DNA of 63,395 nt, the filler included, from a bacterium (GTDB lineage: Bacteria > JAJRZV01), in the NCBI GenBank assembly GCA_024275095.1. It is 5 parts of 5 records of this genome, joined end to end, with 100 filler letters (N's around TTAATTAATTAA, not from the genome) between each part and the next. Parts side by side here need not be neighbours in the genome. Positions count along the whole stretch, not along the records: positions 1 to 17,225 come from JAJRZV010000078.1; 4 more parts are not named here. The stretch is one strand, 5' to 3'. A program made the translations under genes and the position numbers. Under the pieces are notes generated by a model that worked only from the letters and a program-made list of their open reading frames with translations, did no database searches and was not told the DNA's origin. Shown one piece after another: positions 1 through 11,863 of the stretch (position 1 is the first letter of the stretch; every line of letters begins with the position of its first letter).

Positions 1-1108
1 ACACAGACATGCCTTCCGACTCCAGCACATCCCTCACCCTGGTACGCACGGCCTCTCCCATCTCGTGCGTCCCGACCACCTTGATGTCCTCTCCATGTGA
101 TGCCATATCACGCGTACGATAACCATCCTCCACTGTATGTTCTACGGCTTTACGAATAATACGCGCTGCATCTTCCGCGCCCAGGGAAACCTCCAGCATC
201 AAAGCTGCTGAAAGAATCATGGCCAGTGGATTGGCAATGCCCCGGCCGGCGATATCAGGGGCGCTTCCGTGCACGGGTTCATAAAGTCCCTTCATTCCTT
301 CACCAACAGATGCAGACGGCAGAAGTCCGATGGACCCACTGATCATTGCTGCCTCGTCACTGAGGATGTCGCCGAACATGTTGGGGCACAGCAGTACGTC
401 AAAATCCTTGGGACGGCGTATAAGCTGCATGGAGGCATTGTCCACATACATGTGTTCCACTTCCACGTCCGGATACTCTTCAGCCACCTGGTTCACCACG
501 TTTATCCAGAACCTGAAGGTTTCCAGCACGTTGGCCTTATCCACAGATGTAAGTTTTTTCCTTCGCCTGCGCGCCATTTGAAATCCCATGCGGGCAATGC
601 GAGTCACCTCGTCACGCGTGTAACGCAATGTGTTGTACCCTTCCGTATCACTCATTCCCCTGGGCCGGCCGTAATAAAGCCCGCCGGTCAGCTCCCTCAA
701 CACAACAAGATCAACTCCCTCAACAAGTTCTCGTTTGAGAGGAGAGGCACCGGCAAGAGCACTGTAAACGTGAACAGGACGGATGTTGGCATAAAGCCCC
801 AGTTCTTTACGCAAAGCCAGCAACGCAGCCTCCGGTCGAATTTCATAATCCACATCATCCCATGCCGGACCACCAACTGCTCCCAGCAAAACAGCATCAC
901 ATTTAGAAATCTCCTCGAGGTCTTCTTCCCGCAGTGGTCTGCCGTAGCGGTCAATCGCGGCTCCGCCGACAAGATACTCAGAAAAATAAAATTTAATCCC
1001 CAGGGAAGCCGATATTTCCTGCAGCACCCCCAGCGCTTCGTTCATCACTTCCGGGCCGATCCCGTCTCCGGGCAGAACGGCTATTTTGTACTCCTTTACC
1101 TTGCTCAT
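1..1108 (-). CDS. leuB: 3-isopropylmalate dehydrogenase (3' end runs off window)
   Basis: Manual translation gives [21 protein letters not shown]...VDKANVL...[12 protein letters not shown]...[14 protein letters not shown]. The ATG overlaps the leuD TGA. Not in the ORF track. Confidence 0.96.
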   Translation of the reverse strand, partial: MSKVKEYKIAVLPGDGIGPEVMNEALGVLQEISASLGIKFYFSEYLVGGAAIDRYGRPLREEDLEEISKCDAVLLGAVGGPAWDDVDYEIRPEAALLALRKELGLYANIRPVHVYSALAGASPLKRELVEGVDLVVLRELTGGLYYGRPRGMSDTEGYNTLRYTRDEVTRIARMGFQMARRRRKKLTSVDKANVLETFRFWINVVNQVAEEYPDVEVEHMYVDNASMQLIRRPKDFDVLLCPNMFGDILSDEAAMISGSIGLLPSASVGEGMKGLYEPVHGSAPDIAGRGIANPLAMILSAALMLEVSLGAEDAARIIRKAVEHTVEDGYRTRDMASHGEDIKVVGTHEMGEAVRTRVRDVLESEGMSV

Positions 1109-1599
1109 CTTCCCTGCATCCTCTTTTTCATGTAGTTCATCAGGCCTCCCGCTTCAAGAATTTCTCTCATGAATTGTGGAATGGGCTTTGCACTGTATTC
1201 CTTGCCGGTGGACAGGTTTCGTACAACACCTGTATCAAGATCCACTTCCAATTCATCGCCTGTTTTTATTTCCACCGCTTCATCCAGCTCGAGCAAAGGC
1301 AGACCGATGTTGAAGGCATTACGGTAAAAAATACGTGCAAATGAGCGAGCGATGACAAGAGGCACACCTGCTGCTTTTATCGCAATAGGGGCATGTTCCC
1401 TTGACGAGCCACAGCCGAAATTTCTACCACCGACAATAATGTCACCTTGCTGAACCTTATTGGGAAACTCAGGGTCTGCATCCTCCATCACATGGCGTGC
1501 CAGTTCGGCAGGGTCAGAAGTGTTGAGGTATCGTGCAGGGATGATTACATCAGTATCAATGTTGTCTCCAAACGTCCAGGCTTTCCCTTTTATATTCAT
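1105..1599 (-). CDS. leuD: 3-isopropylmalate dehydratase small subunit
   Basis: [15 protein letters not shown] and [11 protein letters not shown] motifs. Confidence 0.96.
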   Translation of the reverse strand: MNIKGKAWTFGDNIDTDVIIPARYLNTSDPAELARHVMEDADPEFPNKVQQGDIIVGGRNFGCGSSREHAPIAIKAAGVPLVIARSFARIFYRNAFNIGLPLLELDEAVEIKTGDELEVDLDTGVVRNLSTGKEYSAKPIPQFMREILEAGGLMNYMKKRMQGR

Positions 1600-1611
1600 T
1601 CTGCCCCCTTG

Positions 1612-2883
1612 CTATGCACGGATATTGTCGGGATGTATTATATAACCTGCAACAGCCGATGCAGCCGCCACAGCCGGATTGGCCAGGTACACCTGAGACT
1701 TCGGATGCCCCATGCGACCGACGAAATTTCTGTTGGAAGTGGATATCGCCACTTCACCTTCCGCAAGCACCCCCATGTGTCCCCCCAAACAGGGACCGCA
1801 GGTAGGTGGACCAATAACAGCACCGGCCTCAACAAAAATTTCCATCAAGCCTTCCTTCAGGCAGCGCCGCCATATCTCCGGTGTAGCAGGGATGATGATA
1901 AGGCGTACTCCTTTACAGACCTTTCTGTCCTTGAGGATTTCTGCAGCAATCTTCAAATCACTGAACCATCCATTGGTACATGAACCTATGAACACCTGAT
2001 CTACAGCGATTTTCTCGCTTTCAACTTCCGAAACCGGAGACACATTACCAGGCGAATACGGTCGAGCCACGCACGGTTCCAGCTCGGAAAGATTCAATTC
2101 CACCACGCTGTGATAGGCGGCGTCAGAATCGCTCGAATACACCTTATAATCACGCTGAGCCCTCTTATTCACCCACTCCAATGTCACATCATCTGGCGGA
2201 ACGATGGCATTTTTCGCCCCGGCTTCCACACCCATGTTGCATATGGTCAACCGCTCCTCCACGCTGAAAGCGGCCATGCCGTCTCCTGTAAATTCCAGTG
2301 ACATATAGGTGGCACCGTCTGTACCGATGCGCCCTATAAGATGCAGTATCAGGTCTTTCCCATAAAACCACTGTAGTTTGCGTCCGTTCACATCAACACG
2401 AATTGTCGGTGGCACTTTGAGCCAGGTCTCACCCGTGGCCATGGCGTAGGCGATATCAGTACTTCCCACACCCGTTGAAAAGGCTCCAATACCTCCGTAA
2501 GTACACGTGTGAGAGTCAGCACCAAGTACAAGGTCACCCGGAAGCACAACGCCTTTTTCCGGAAGAAGTGCATGTTCCACGCCTACTTCCCCTATCTCAA
2601 AATACCACTTCACGTGCATATCATGTGCAAATCGTCGCACCATAAGCGCCTGTGTGGCAGCTTTTATGTCTTTATTGGGAGTAAAGTGATCAGGTACAAG
2701 TGCCACTTTTTCAGGATCAGCCAGCTTCTCTACACCCGCTTTTTTGAGATTCTCTATGGCAATGGGAGCAGTGATGTCATTGGCAAGGGCAAGGTCAACC
2801 TTCACCTGAACAATTTCACCCGGTGAAACACTATCGCGTCCCGCGTGGTCCGCAATAATCTTTTCACTTGCAGTCATTCCCAT
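1612..2883 (-). CDS. leuC: 3-isopropylmalate dehydratase large subunit
   Basis: GADSHTCT, IGSCTNG, CGPCLG and STSNRNF motifs; leu operon context. Confidence 0.95.
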   Translation of the reverse strand: MGMTASEKIIADHAGRDSVSPGEIVQVKVDLALANDITAPIAIENLKKAGVEKLADPEKVALVPDHFTPNKDIKAATQALMVRRFAHDMHVKWYFEIGEVGVEHALLPEKGVVLPGDLVLGADSHTCTYGGIGAFSTGVGSTDIAYAMATGETWLKVPPTIRVDVNGRKLQWFYGKDLILHLIGRIGTDGATYMSLEFTGDGMAAFSVEERLTICNMGVEAGAKNAIVPPDDVTLEWVNKRAQRDYKVYSSDSDAAYHSVVELNLSELEPCVARPYSPGNVSPVSEVESEKIAVDQVFIGSCTNGWFSDLKIAAEILKDRKVCKGVRLIIIPATPEIWRRCLKEGLMEIFVEAGAVIGPPTCGPCLGGHMGVLAEGEVAISTSNRNFVGRMGHPKSQVYLANPAVAAASAVAGYIIHPDNIRA

Positions 2884-2885
2884 AA

Positions 2886-4421
2886 TCACACTCCTTCGCG
2901 CACGGATTTTTTAGAATGCCGGCGGTACTGCAGGCGGTTAAGTGCGTTGACAAAAGCCTTGGCAGAGGCCACCACAATGTCCGTATGAGCTCCCCTGCCA
3001 ACAGCCACAACACCGTTTTCTTCAATGTATACACTTACCTTGCCCTGAGCATCAGTACCTCCGGTGATGGCGCTGACGCTGAACCTTTCAAGATGAACCT
3101 TTTCACCGGTAATTTTTTCTATAGCCCGGTACGTGGCATCCACGGGTCCATCACCAGTAGCGTATTCACGCCTGACCTTACCCTCCACTTCCATTTCCAC
3201 AGTGGCAAAAGGCATCATGTTGATTCCACACACCACATTCACGCTGAGAAGTTTGTATTTTTGAGGCAGGCGCAAAATTTCCTAGGCGATGAGCGCCTCG
3301 ATATCCTCGTCATACACCTCCTTTTTGTCCGCCAGGGCTTTAAACTTTCTGAACGCTTCCTGAAGCTGCTCTTCTGTCAGATTGTAGCCCATTGACTTCA
3401 CACGCTCCCTGAAAGCATGGCGCCCTGAATGTTTGCCGAGAACCAGCGCAGAAGATGGTACACCCACGTCTTCGGGTTTCATGATTTCGTAGGTGCTTTT
3501 CTCTTTGAGCACACCATCCTGGTGTATGCCTGCCTCGTGTGCAAACGCGTTGGCTCCAACAATTGCCTTGTTGGGCTGCACAGCAATTCCTGTAATTTGA
3601 GTAACCAGCCGCGACGTGGGATAAATCTGCCGTGTATCAATCCCGGTATAATAGCCGTACACATCCTTCCGCGTTTTCAGTAGCATCACAATCTCCTCGA
3701 GAGATGCATTGCCCGCGCGTTCGCCAATACCGTTCACAGTGCATTCCACCTGGCGTGCACCGGCCTTAACCGCAGCAATGGAATTGGCGGTGGCCAACCC
3801 CAAATCGTTATGACAATGAACGCTGATAATAACCCTATCTATGCCTTCAACTTCTGTACGTATTTTGCGTATAAGGCTCGCGTATTCCTCTGGAACGGTA
3901 TATCCCACCGTATCAGGGACATTAATCACCTTCACCCCTGCTTTTACCACTGCCTGAAAAATCCGGCAGAGAAAATCCGGATCGGAACGTGTCGCATCTT
4001 CCGCGGAAAACTCCACGTTTTCTGTATACGATAACGCCCTTTCCACAGCCTTGACCGACCGCTCCAGTACCTCATCCGGCTCCATGCGTAACTTGTGCTT
4101 CATGTGAATGGGACTCGTGGCAATGAAAACATGAATGCGTGGTTTTTTTGCATCCTTGAGCGCTTCCCACGCTCTGTCAATATCTTCATCGTTCGTGCGT
4201 GCAAGACCAGCCACTTCACAGTTGGTGACAACCTTTGCAACCTCTCTTACCGCTTCAAAATCTCCTTCCGAGGCAATGGGGAAACCCGCCTCTATCACAT
4301 CCACGCCGAGCCTCTCGAGCTGCTGGGCCACGCGGATCTTCTCCTCAATGGTCATGCTAAACCCCGGCGCCTGTTCGCCATCCCTGAGCGTGGTATCAAA
4401 AATGTAAACTCTATCAGCCAT
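2886..4421 (-). pseudogene. leuA: 2-isopropylmalate synthase interrupted by an in-frame TAG at 3282-3284 (catalytic part 3282-4421, regulatory domain 2886-3281). Could be a real nonsense allele or a base-call error.
   Basis: [16 protein letters not shown] and GKHSGR motifs. The frame reads ...GCC TAG GAA ATT TTG CGC... (IEALIA*EILRLPQKY) and continues in frame into the GDGPVDA...GTDAQG regulatory domain. Confidence 0.85.
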
Positions 4422-4456
4422 GAAAGCACCCACCTCCTGAAAACTCGTTCAAAAAT

Positions 4457-5269
4457 TCACTGCGGCCTCACCTCTTCGGGAGCCGGCACTTTGGACTCTT
4501 CAGAGACCGGGCGCCGCACAAGCGCCATAATACCTCCCACCAGACCCGAGAGGAAGTAAGCATAAGCAAATCCGAATAGCGCTTTTGCCGGCTCCGCTGA
4601 AATAAGAACAATGACAAGCACGACGAAAAACATTGATATGAAAGGCTTTCGTTTCAAAAGACCAAGGTCTTTAAAACTGGGGAAAGGGATATTGCTGATC
4701 ATCACAAAACTTATTACATACATGAGCACAATAAGCGCTATATGCAGCCACGGTCCCGGAGTCACTCCCAAGTCGCGGAAGATAAGTACAGTAGAGGCAA
4801 TGATACCTGCTGCACCAGGTGTAGGCAATCCTCGAAAAGAGGACTTTTCAACCGTACTGTATTGAAGGTTGAAGCGTGCCAGCCTGAGGGCTGCACACGC
4901 CACGTAAAGAAAGGCCCCCAGCCATCCCCATCGTCCATAAGGCTGAAGCACCCACAGGTATGCAAGCAGCGCCGGTGCAACCCCAAAGGAAATTAAATCA
5001 GCCAGGGAATCATACTGAACTCCAAAACCTGAAACACTCCTGGTCAACCGAGCCACACGGCCATCCATGCCGTCAAAGACGGCTGCAAGGAATATCGCGA
5101 TCGCAGCCTTGTGATACTCTCCCTTGATGCTGCTGATAATGGAAAAGAAGCCGAAAAAAAGGCCCAGGCTTGTGAGGAAATTCGGAAGTATGTAAACACC
5201 GCGTCTCGGTTCATCTACCGCACGAATACGTCTTTTCTTCTTCTTGTTGCTTGATTTCACTTTTCTCAC
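4457..5269 (-). CDS. pssA: CDP-diacylglycerol--serine O-phosphatidyltransferase
   Basis: DGMDGRVAR...DSLADLISFGVAP CDP-alcohol motif and LRLARFN; adjacent to psd. Confidence 0.93.
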   Translation of the reverse strand: MRKVKSSNKKKKRRIRAVDEPRRGVYILPNFLTSLGLFFGFFSIISSIKGEYHKAAIAIFLAAVFDGMDGRVARLTRSVSGFGVQYDSLADLISFGVAPALLAYLWVLQPYGRWGWLGAFLYVACAALRLARFNLQYSTVEKSSFRGLPTPGAAGIIASTVLIFRDLGVTPGPWLHIALIVLMYVISFVMISNIPFPSFKDLGLLKRKPFISMFFVVLVIVLISAEPAKALFGFAYAYFLSGLVGGIMALVRRPVSEESKVPAPEEVRPQ

Positions 5270-5883
5270 CTCGCTACCAAGGTTTCACCTGCCCTTACTC
5301 TATCTCCTTTCTTGACAATCACCTCCACGTTCGCAGGCATTATAAGGTCCACTCTTGAACCAAACGCAATGAGACCAACGCGTTCCCCCCTCTTTACCAA
5401 ATCTCCCGGGGTCTTGTAGAAAAAAATCCGTCGCGCAAAAGCGCCAGCCACCTGAACGAATTTAAAACGGGCGCCATCTTCTCTCTCGACCACAACTTCA
5501 TTTCGTTCGTTATGCATCTGGGCCTCATCTGTGTGTGCGATAAAAAAACGACCCCGGTGGTATCTGGTCTCCTTGATAGTTCCCGCTTCCGGCGCCCGGT
5601 TCACGTGTACGTCAAAGGCAGACATAAAAATGCTTACACATATTGCATCTTCTCCCACATCACCATCTGACACTTTATCCACTCTTATCACACGACCATC
5701 TGCAGGTGCCACATAACCGTGAGAACCCGGTACGGTCCGTTCCGGATCTCTAAAAAACCAGAGAGAAAACAGTGCCACAGCAGCAAAGGGAGCTGCCAGG
5801 AGTTTCATATTGAGCACATAAAAGAGTAAAGCAGGTAAAGCAGCTCCGAGAATAAATACATATCCGCGCCTGGCAATTCTCAT
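5266..5883 (-). CDS. psd: phosphatidylserine decarboxylase proenzyme
   Basis: [20 protein letters not shown] and the FGS self-cleavage motif. Confidence 0.93.
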   Translation of the reverse strand: MRIARRGYVFILGAALPALLFYVLNMKLLAAPFAAVALFSLWFFRDPERTVPGSHGYVAPADGRVIRVDKVSDGDVGEDAICVSIFMSAFDVHVNRAPEAGTIKETRYHRGRFFIAHTDEAQMHNERNEVVVEREDGARFKFVQVAGAFARRIFFYKTPGDLVKRGERVGLIAFGSRVDLIMPANVEVIVKKGDRVRAGETLVAR

Positions 5884-6896
5884 TTTTCCCTGACGAGTTT
5901 TTTCTCTTTCAACCAGGGCATCATGCCTCGCAGGCGTTCACCAACTTCTTCTATTGGATGTGCCTCCCACTCCCGTGTCAAAGCGTTGAACACAGGACGA
6001 CCGGCTCTATTCTCCAGAATCCATTCCCTGGCAAATGTGCCACTTTGAATCTCGTCCAGTATGCGCTTCATCTCTTCCTTGACAGCGCTGTTGATCACTC
6101 TGGGGCCTCTCGTGAGGTCACCATATTTAGCGGTTGAACTGATGGAGTAGCGCATGTTCTTGATCCCGCCTTCATATATGAGGTCCACAATAAGTTTAAC
6201 CTCATGCAGGCACTCAAAATAAGCCAGTTCCGGAGGATAACCAGCCTCCACCAGTGTCTCAAACCCTGCGCGAATAAGACTTGTCAGTCCTCCACACAAA
6301 ACCACCTGTTCTCCAAAAAGGTCTGTCTCCGTTTCGTCTTTAAAAGTGGTTTCTATGATTCCCGCTCTGCCCGCACCAATAGCATCAGCATACGCAACAG
6401 CCAGCTGAAGTGCGTCACCAGAAGGGTTCTGGTGTACAGCAACGAGCGCTGGCACACCCCTGCCTTCTTCGTATTCACTACGCACCAGATGACCAGGACC
6501 CTTGGGAGCCACCATAAAGACGTTTACATCACCCGGGGGAACAATCTGGCTGAAATGAATGTTAAATCCATGGGCAAAACCCAGATACTTACCTGCTGAA
6601 AGGTTGGAGGCAATGTGTTGTTCATAAATAGCCGGCTGATGTTCATCCGGCACAAGCATCATAATCACCTCTCCCTGTGAGGCAGCCCAGCCAGCATCGC
6701 CGGTTTCAAATCCCGCATCTTTCGCACGCTGCCACCCCGGAGAACCTTCCAGTTCTCCTACAACTACCGTAACGCCACTGTCACGGAGATTCAGTGCGTG
6801 GGCATGCCCCTGACTTCCGAAACCGATAACAGTCACTTTTTTGCTCTTGATGAGTTCTGCATTGGCATCGCTGGAATAGTACACTTTCATGAGCAA
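5880..6896 (-). CDS. ilvC: ketol-acid reductoisomerase
   Basis: [17 protein letters not shown] and ETDLFGEQ motifs; start may be the ATG at 6890. Confidence 0.97.
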   Translation of the reverse strand: MLMKVYYSSDANAELIKSKKVTVIGFGSQGHAHALNLRDSGVTVVVGELEGSPGWQRAKDAGFETGDAGWAASQGEVIMMLVPDEHQPAIYEQHIASNLSAGKYLGFAHGFNIHFSQIVPPGDVNVFMVAPKGPGHLVRSEYEEGRGVPALVAVHQNPSGDALQLAVAYADAIGAGRAGIIETTFKDETETDLFGEQVVLCGGLTSLIRAGFETLVEAGYPPELAYFECLHEVKLIVDLIYEGGIKNMRYSISSTAKYGDLTRGPRVINSAVKEEMKRILDEIQSGTFAREWILENRAGRPVFNALTREWEAHPIEEVGERLRGMMPWLKEKKLVREK

Positions 6897-6911
6897 CCTC
6901 CTGAAAAAGTC

Positions 6912-7430
6912 TCAGGCTACGTGCCTGGTGCCTTCCTGTTCACGTTTTTTTGCGGTACGGGCCATCGCCACCTTGCCTGTGCGTGCAATGTCCCGAATAC
7001 CAAAAGGTTTCATCAATTCAATGAAGGCTCCGATCTTGCCCTCATCGCCTGTAATTTCGACGACATAGGCCGATGGAGAAACGTCGACGATTTTGGCCCT
7101 GAAAATATCCACCGTTCTGAGGATTTCCGCACGATGTTCTGGAGCTGCGTTAACTTTTACAAGCACCAGTTCCCTTTCCACATGCTCTGTGGTGGTGAGG
7201 TCTGTAACTTTTATTACGTCAATGAGCTTTCTCAGTTGCTTGATGATCTGTTCAATAATCTGATCATCACCTGAAGTCACAATTGTCATTTTCGAGACGG
7301 TGGGATCAGTTGTCTCCGCCACACACAGGCTTTCTATGTTATATCCCCGTCCGCTGAAGAGCCCCGCCACGCGAGCAAGAACCCCGAAACGATTTTCCAC
7401 AAGAAGGGAAATAGTATGTCTTCTAACCAT
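6912..7430 (-). CDS. ilvN: acetolactate synthase small subunit
   Basis: [27 protein letters not shown] domain and ARTG. Confidence 0.96.
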   Translation of the reverse strand: MVRRHTISLLVENRFGVLARVAGLFSGRGYNIESLCVAETTDPTVSKMTIVTSGDDQIIEQIIKQLRKLIDVIKVTDLTTTEHVERELVLVKVNAAPEHRAEILRTVDIFRAKIVDVSPSAYVVEITGDEGKIGAFIELMKPFGIRDIARTGKVAMARTAKKREQEGTRHVA

Positions 7431-7448
7431 GCATCACCTCCGCTTATT

Positions 7449-9146
7449 CTAAACAAGGAGCATGTCTTTCAACGATGCTCCTGCCGGAACCATGGGATAA
7501 ACACACTCCTCGCGGTCAATCACAAAATCCACAAGAACAGGAGCATTGACATCAAGTGCTTTCTTTATCACATTTTCCACCTGGTCAGGCCTGGTGGCCC
7601 TTAAACCCACCGCGCCGTAAGCCTCGGCAAGCCTCACGAAATCAGGAAGTACCCCAAAACATGTCTCTGAATAGCGCTTGTCAAAAAAGAGATGCTGCCA
7701 CTGCCTTACCATCCCGAGGAAGCGATTGTTCAATATAAAAACCTTCACCGGCAGGCGATATTGGACAGCAGTGGCCAGCTCCTGAATATTCATCTGGATG
7801 CTCCCATCTCCAGCAATATCAACGACAACTTTTCCAGGGTTCGCCACCTGCGCTCCTATTGCTGCCGGAAAACCAAATCCCATTGTCCCGAGACCGCCAG
7901 ATGTAATAAATGTTCGTGGCTGTTTGTATTTAAAAAACTGCGCCGCCCACATCTGGTTCTGACCAACCTCTGTTGTGATAATGGCATCTCCTCCCGTAAG
8001 TTCGTAGAGCTTTTCCACTACATACTGGGGTTTAATTCTGGTCTTGGAACGATTGTAACGAAGCGGTTGTGTCTCTTTCCATTCTGATATTTTCTTTCTC
8101 CACTCTGCAGTCCTTTTTTGAAATGCTCGAATTTCCTTTTGCGGAACATTCTTCAACTCTTCCAGCAGACGCCTGACCACCCTTTTCGCATCTCCAACAA
8201 TGGGCACGTGTACCTTTACACTCTTGCTGATCGAAGCTGGATCCACATCTACATGTACAATTTTTGCTTCAGGAGCAAATTCTTCTACCTTTCCGGTCAC
8301 GCGGTCGTCAAAGCGCGCTCCCACGGCGATAATAAGATCGCTGTGAGTAACAGCCATGTTGGCCGCATAGGTTCCATGCATACCCAGCATACCCATAAAA
8401 AGCTCATCGTCTCCCGGGAACCCGCCGAGACCCATCAGGGTATTGGTCACAGGGATTTTGAGCTTGCGTGCAAATTTTGTAAGGTCAGCAGCTGCAGAAG
8501 ACCATATGACACCGCCACCTGTGTATAGTACCGGTCGGGATGAGGCGAGAATAATGTCAAGAGCCTTACGTATTTGCTTGACGTGACCCTCGAGAACTGG
8601 CTTGTATCCCCTCAGTTCAATATGATCCGGGAATTTCACATTTGCACTGGCAGTAATCACATCCTTGGGAAGATCCACAAGTACAGGGCCGGGACGTCCC
8701 GTCCTGGCAATATAAAAAGCTTCTTTAATCACCCGCGGAAGGTCCTTTACATCCTTTACAAGGTAGTTATGCTTGGTGCACGGCCGAGTTATACCTACTA
8801 TATCTGCTTCCTGAAATGCATCATTGCCAATCATGCTCGTGGGAACCTGGCCGGTAAATACCACTATGGGTGAAGAATCCATGTAAGCAGTTGCTATACC
8901 CGTGACCGTATTCGTGGCACCGGGCCCGGATGTCACAAGCACTACTCCTACCTTGCCTGATGACCTGGCATACCCATCAGCAGCATGCACGGCTCCCTGT
9001 TCATGTCTGGTAAGAATATGGAAAAGTTCAGAATCCTTGTGGAGCTCATCGTATATATTTATGACCGCACCACCGGGGATACCAAATATTTCCCTTACAC
9101 CCTCTCTTTTGAGGGCTTCCAAAAAAATACGTGCTCCCGTCATCAC
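7449..9146 (-). CDS. ilvB: acetolactate synthase large subunit
   Basis: [14 protein letters not shown] and the GDGS...NN ThDP motif. Confidence 0.97.
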   Translation of the reverse strand: MMTGARIFLEALKREGVREIFGIPGGAVINIYDELHKDSELFHILTRHEQGAVHAADGYARSSGKVGVVLVTSGPGATNTVTGIATAYMDSSPIVVFTGQVPTSMIGNDAFQEADIVGITRPCTKHNYLVKDVKDLPRVIKEAFYIARTGRPGPVLVDLPKDVITASANVKFPDHIELRGYKPVLEGHVKQIRKALDIILASSRPVLYTGGGVIWSSAAADLTKFARKLKIPVTNTLMGLGGFPGDDELFMGMLGMHGTYAANMAVTHSDLIIAVGARFDDRVTGKVEEFAPEAKIVHVDVDPASISKSVKVHVPIVGDAKRVVRRLLEELKNVPQKEIRAFQKRTAEWRKKISEWKETQPLRYNRSKTRIKPQYVVEKLYELTGGDAIITTEVGQNQMWAAQFFKYKQPRTFITSGGLGTMGFGFPAAIGAQVANPGKVVVDIAGDGSIQMNIQELATAVQYRLPVKVFILNNRFLGMVRQWQHLFFDKRYSETCFGVLPDFVRLAEAYGAVGLRATRPDQVENVIKKALDVNAPVLVDFVIDREECVYPMVPAGASLKDMLLV

Positions 9147-9176
9147 GATTCTCCTGACAATTTATGAAGTTAACAA

Positions 9177-9216
9177 ATTTTACTCCACCACCTCTCTATC
9201 AACAAGGTGAAGGAGT
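9177..9216 (-). promoter_or_regulatory. putative sigma70 promoter for ilvB with an overlapping inverted repeat
   Basis: TTGTTG-N17-TAAAAT on the minus strand; 10/12 inverted repeat at 9182-9193 and 9205-9216. Confidence 0.4.
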
Positions 9217-9249
9217 GGATTAAATCGAAAAATTATTTTCGCCGATGCT

Positions 9250-10905
9250 TTATTTTGTAATTACAGCCCCCCGAGACGCAGGTCCCACCGAACGTGCATA
9301 CCTGCTGAGAACACCGGGTCTAACCTCTTTTCTTACAGGCTCCCAGGAAGATTTACGCTTTTCGAGTTCTTCCTCACTTACGTGCAGGTGAATCCTGCGT
9401 GCAGGAATGTCTATTTCGATCTCGTCACCATCTTCTATCAGCGCAATCGGACCACCTTCAGCAGCTTCGGGGCAAACATGCCCGACACATGGACCGTGGG
9501 TACCTCCGGAAAAACGGCCGTCCGTAATAAGGGCTACACTGCGGGAAAGGCCCATCCCAATAATTTTGGATGTGGGAGTAAGCATTTCACGCATTCCCGG
9601 GCCGCCACGGGGTCCCTCATAACGAATAACCAGAACATCTCCTTCTTTGACCTCGCCTTTATCCAGGGCCTGGGTTACTTCCTCCTCCGAGTTGAACACC
9701 CGGGCACGTCCCTTGAACCTCATCATATCTTCACTCACGCCTGCCTGCTTGATCACGCAACCTTCAGGCGCAAGATTGCCCCGCAAAATGGCGATTCCTC
9801 CCTCTGGCCTGAACGGTTTGTCCAGAGGACGAATCACTTCTTCATCGAGAACTTTACCCTTTTCTGCAAGGCCTTTGATCCCCGTCCCATCTACAGTGAG
9901 ACTCTCTTCCAGCGCATCCTTAAGTCTGTGAAGTACAGCCGGAATACCTCCGGCAAATTCCAGATCTTCCATGAGATAGGGCCCGTTTGGAGCAATTGAG
10001 GTAATTTGCGGCGTTGATGCGGAAATCCTGTCAAACTCATCAAGTTCAAGAGTGAAGCCGGCTTCTGCAGCTATGGCCGTAAGGTGCAGTACAGTATTTG
10101 TGGACCCACCCAGTGCCATGTCCACACGGATACCATTTCTAAAAGCAGCAGGAGTAAGGATTTTGCGCGCAGTAATATTGTTCTTTACAAGCTCAACGAT
10201 ACGCCGTCCTGCCTCGTATGCCAGCCATTTTTTCTTTGCAGAACCTGCAAGAGCTGTACCTGTTCCACTCAGTGACATGCCCATGGCCTCTGTCACGCAC
10301 GCCATGGTATTGGCTGTGTAAAGCCCCTGGCAGGAACCTTCTCCAGGACATGCACACATTTCCAGTGTTTTGAGCTCGTCTTCTGTTATCTCACCTCGCT
10401 GATACCGCCCGACAGCCTCAAAAGTATCAGCCACCAGTGAAAGGCGTTTCTGACCAAGACGCCCCGATAGCATTGGTCCAGCAGTTACCACAATTGCCGG
10501 TATATCAAGCCGGGCAGCTGCCATCAGCATTCCCGGTGTAATTTTGTCACAGTTGGTGAGAAGTATAAGACCATCAAGAGCATGGGCGGTGACAACAGTC
10601 TCCACCACATCCGCCACGACCTCCCGCAAAGGAAGAGAATACCGCATTCCCTCATGTCCCATAGCGATACCATCGCAAATGGCCGGCACCCCGAACGTGA
10701 ACGGAACACCACCACCTGCGTGTATTCCTGCTTCGATTTTCCTCTCGAGTTCTCTCATGCCCACATGGCCGGGCACAAGGTCGGTAAAACTTGAGGCGAT
10801 TCCTATAAACGGTTTGTCCAGCAAGGCCGGCGACACACCCGTAGCATAAGTAAGAGCACGATGGGGAACGCGATTAAGCCCTTTTTTCACACGATCAGAG
10901 CGCAT
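9250..10905 (-). CDS. ilvD: dihydroxy-acid dehydratase
   Basis: [29 protein letters not shown] and TDGRFSG motifs. Confidence 0.97.
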   Translation of the reverse strand: MRSDRVKKGLNRVPHRALTYATGVSPALLDKPFIGIASSFTDLVPGHVGMRELERKIEAGIHAGGGVPFTFGVPAICDGIAMGHEGMRYSLPLREVVADVVETVVTAHALDGLILLTNCDKITPGMLMAAARLDIPAIVVTAGPMLSGRLGQKRLSLVADTFEAVGRYQRGEITEDELKTLEMCACPGEGSCQGLYTANTMACVTEAMGMSLSGTGTALAGSAKKKWLAYEAGRRIVELVKNNITARKILTPAAFRNGIRVDMALGGSTNTVLHLTAIAAEAGFTLELDEFDRISASTPQITSIAPNGPYLMEDLEFAGGIPAVLHRLKDALEESLTVDGTGIKGLAEKGKVLDEEVIRPLDKPFRPEGGIAILRGNLAPEGCVIKQAGVSEDMMRFKGRARVFNSEEEVTQALDKGEVKEGDVLVIRYEGPRGGPGMREMLTPTSKIIGMGLSRSVALITDGRFSGGTHGPCVGHVCPEAAEGGPIALIEDGDEIEIDIPARRIHLHVSEEELEKRKSSWEPVRKEVRPGVLSRYARSVGPASRGAVITK

Positions 10906-10906
10906 T

Positions 10907-11137
10907 TTAATTACCCGCCTTCTCGTATTTTCTGAGTATCTCGTAAATACGGTCTTTACCCTTCAACTTCTCCCTCTTCAAACGCTTGAGTTCCACTTCC
11001 TCTTCAGGTGTAAGATACCTTTTACTCTGGAGAACCTCGATCTTCTTTTCGTACTCCTGGTGTGCTTCCCACAAAACTTTGAGCTCTTCATCGTGATGAA
11101 TAAGCATCTTGATCTTTTCAATCTCCCAGGTCTCCAC
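10907..11137 (-). CDS. DUF465/YdcH-like small coiled-coil protein
   Basis: H..YEKKI...[23 protein letters not shown] pattern; strong AGGAGG RBS; lies just upstream of ilvD. Confidence 0.75.
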   Translation of the reverse strand: METWEIEKIKMLIHHDEELKVLWEAHQEYEKKIEVLQSKRYLTPEEEVELKRLKREKLKGKDRIYEILRKYEKAGN

Positions 11138-11205
11138 GTTTACACCTCCTTTCTTTTATTATTCTTTTCTTTGACTCAACCGGTCCAGGATAGATGCTTC
11201 CACTT

Positions 11206-11862
11206 TTAAATCTTCCGCTCCTGCTTGTTCGTTGATGGACATATTGCAGGACACTCATACTGCAGGTGCGTTTCCAGAGGATTAACAAACGCTCGGTGCA
11301 TTATTGCTGCACGAATTGCATTCAGCGCATTAGAGCCGTCGCTTACGACGGATTCGGGTTTCAGACCTGCAGCAATAAACGCTCGACCCACAGGACGATA
11401 TGTTCCGTCGTGTAACTCTTTCAGCTCAAGAAGGGCATCCCGGGTAACCTCGCTAATGCGCTCCACGACCATTCCCGTGTTTTCCTTATTCACCGCAGCC
11501 ACACAACAACACCCTCTACCCATATCCACAGCCACAAGATAGCGCCCGCTGTCCAGCGAAAAAAGAGCGCTGGTAAAAGTGTCCACATAGGCAATGTTTA
11601 TCCCCGCAGCCACAGCCAGGCCCTTTGCATACGCAGCCCCTACTCTAATTCCTGTATAATAACCCGGGCCAGACACCACAACCACACCTGTAACATCGTT
11701 AATGTCCAGCTTGCATCTTTGCAATATCTCTTCAACCGCCCAGTCAAGATGCTCAAAGTGGCCTTTATGTACCCTGTAGCTCACGAGCATCTCTTCCCCC
11801 TCTTCTCCCCGGCATCCCACACTTCCTATCTCTCCTGTAGTATCAAACCCGAGAAAATACAT
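11206..11862 (-). CDS. tsaB: tRNA t6A biosynthesis protein TsaB
   Basis: MYFLGFDTT...H...GPGYYTGIRVG; start placed at ATG 11862, just after rseP. Confidence 0.85.
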   Translation of the reverse strand: MYFLGFDTTGEIGSVGCRGEEGEEMLVSYRVHKGHFEHLDWAVEEILQRCKLDINDVTGVVVVSGPGYYTGIRVGAAYAKGLAVAAGINIAYVDTFTSALFSLDSGRYLVAVDMGRGCCCVAAVNKENTGMVVERISEVTRDALLELKELHDGTYRPVGRAFIAAGLKPESVVSDGSNALNAIRAAIMHRAFVNPLETHLQYECPAICPSTNKQERKI

Positions 11863-11863
11863 T

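Noticed and set aside
269-1135. 288-aa plus-strand ORF and similar long antisense ORFs (e.g. 38891-39667, 44462-45373)
   Set aside because: Shadows of well-supported genes on the opposite strand.
1597-1614. leuC TAG in frame with the leuD ATG (also GT2 TAG in frame with the antiporter at 62854-62862): possible read-through fusions
   Set aside because: In-frame spacing has a one-in-three chance, and leuD has its own purine-rich RBS.
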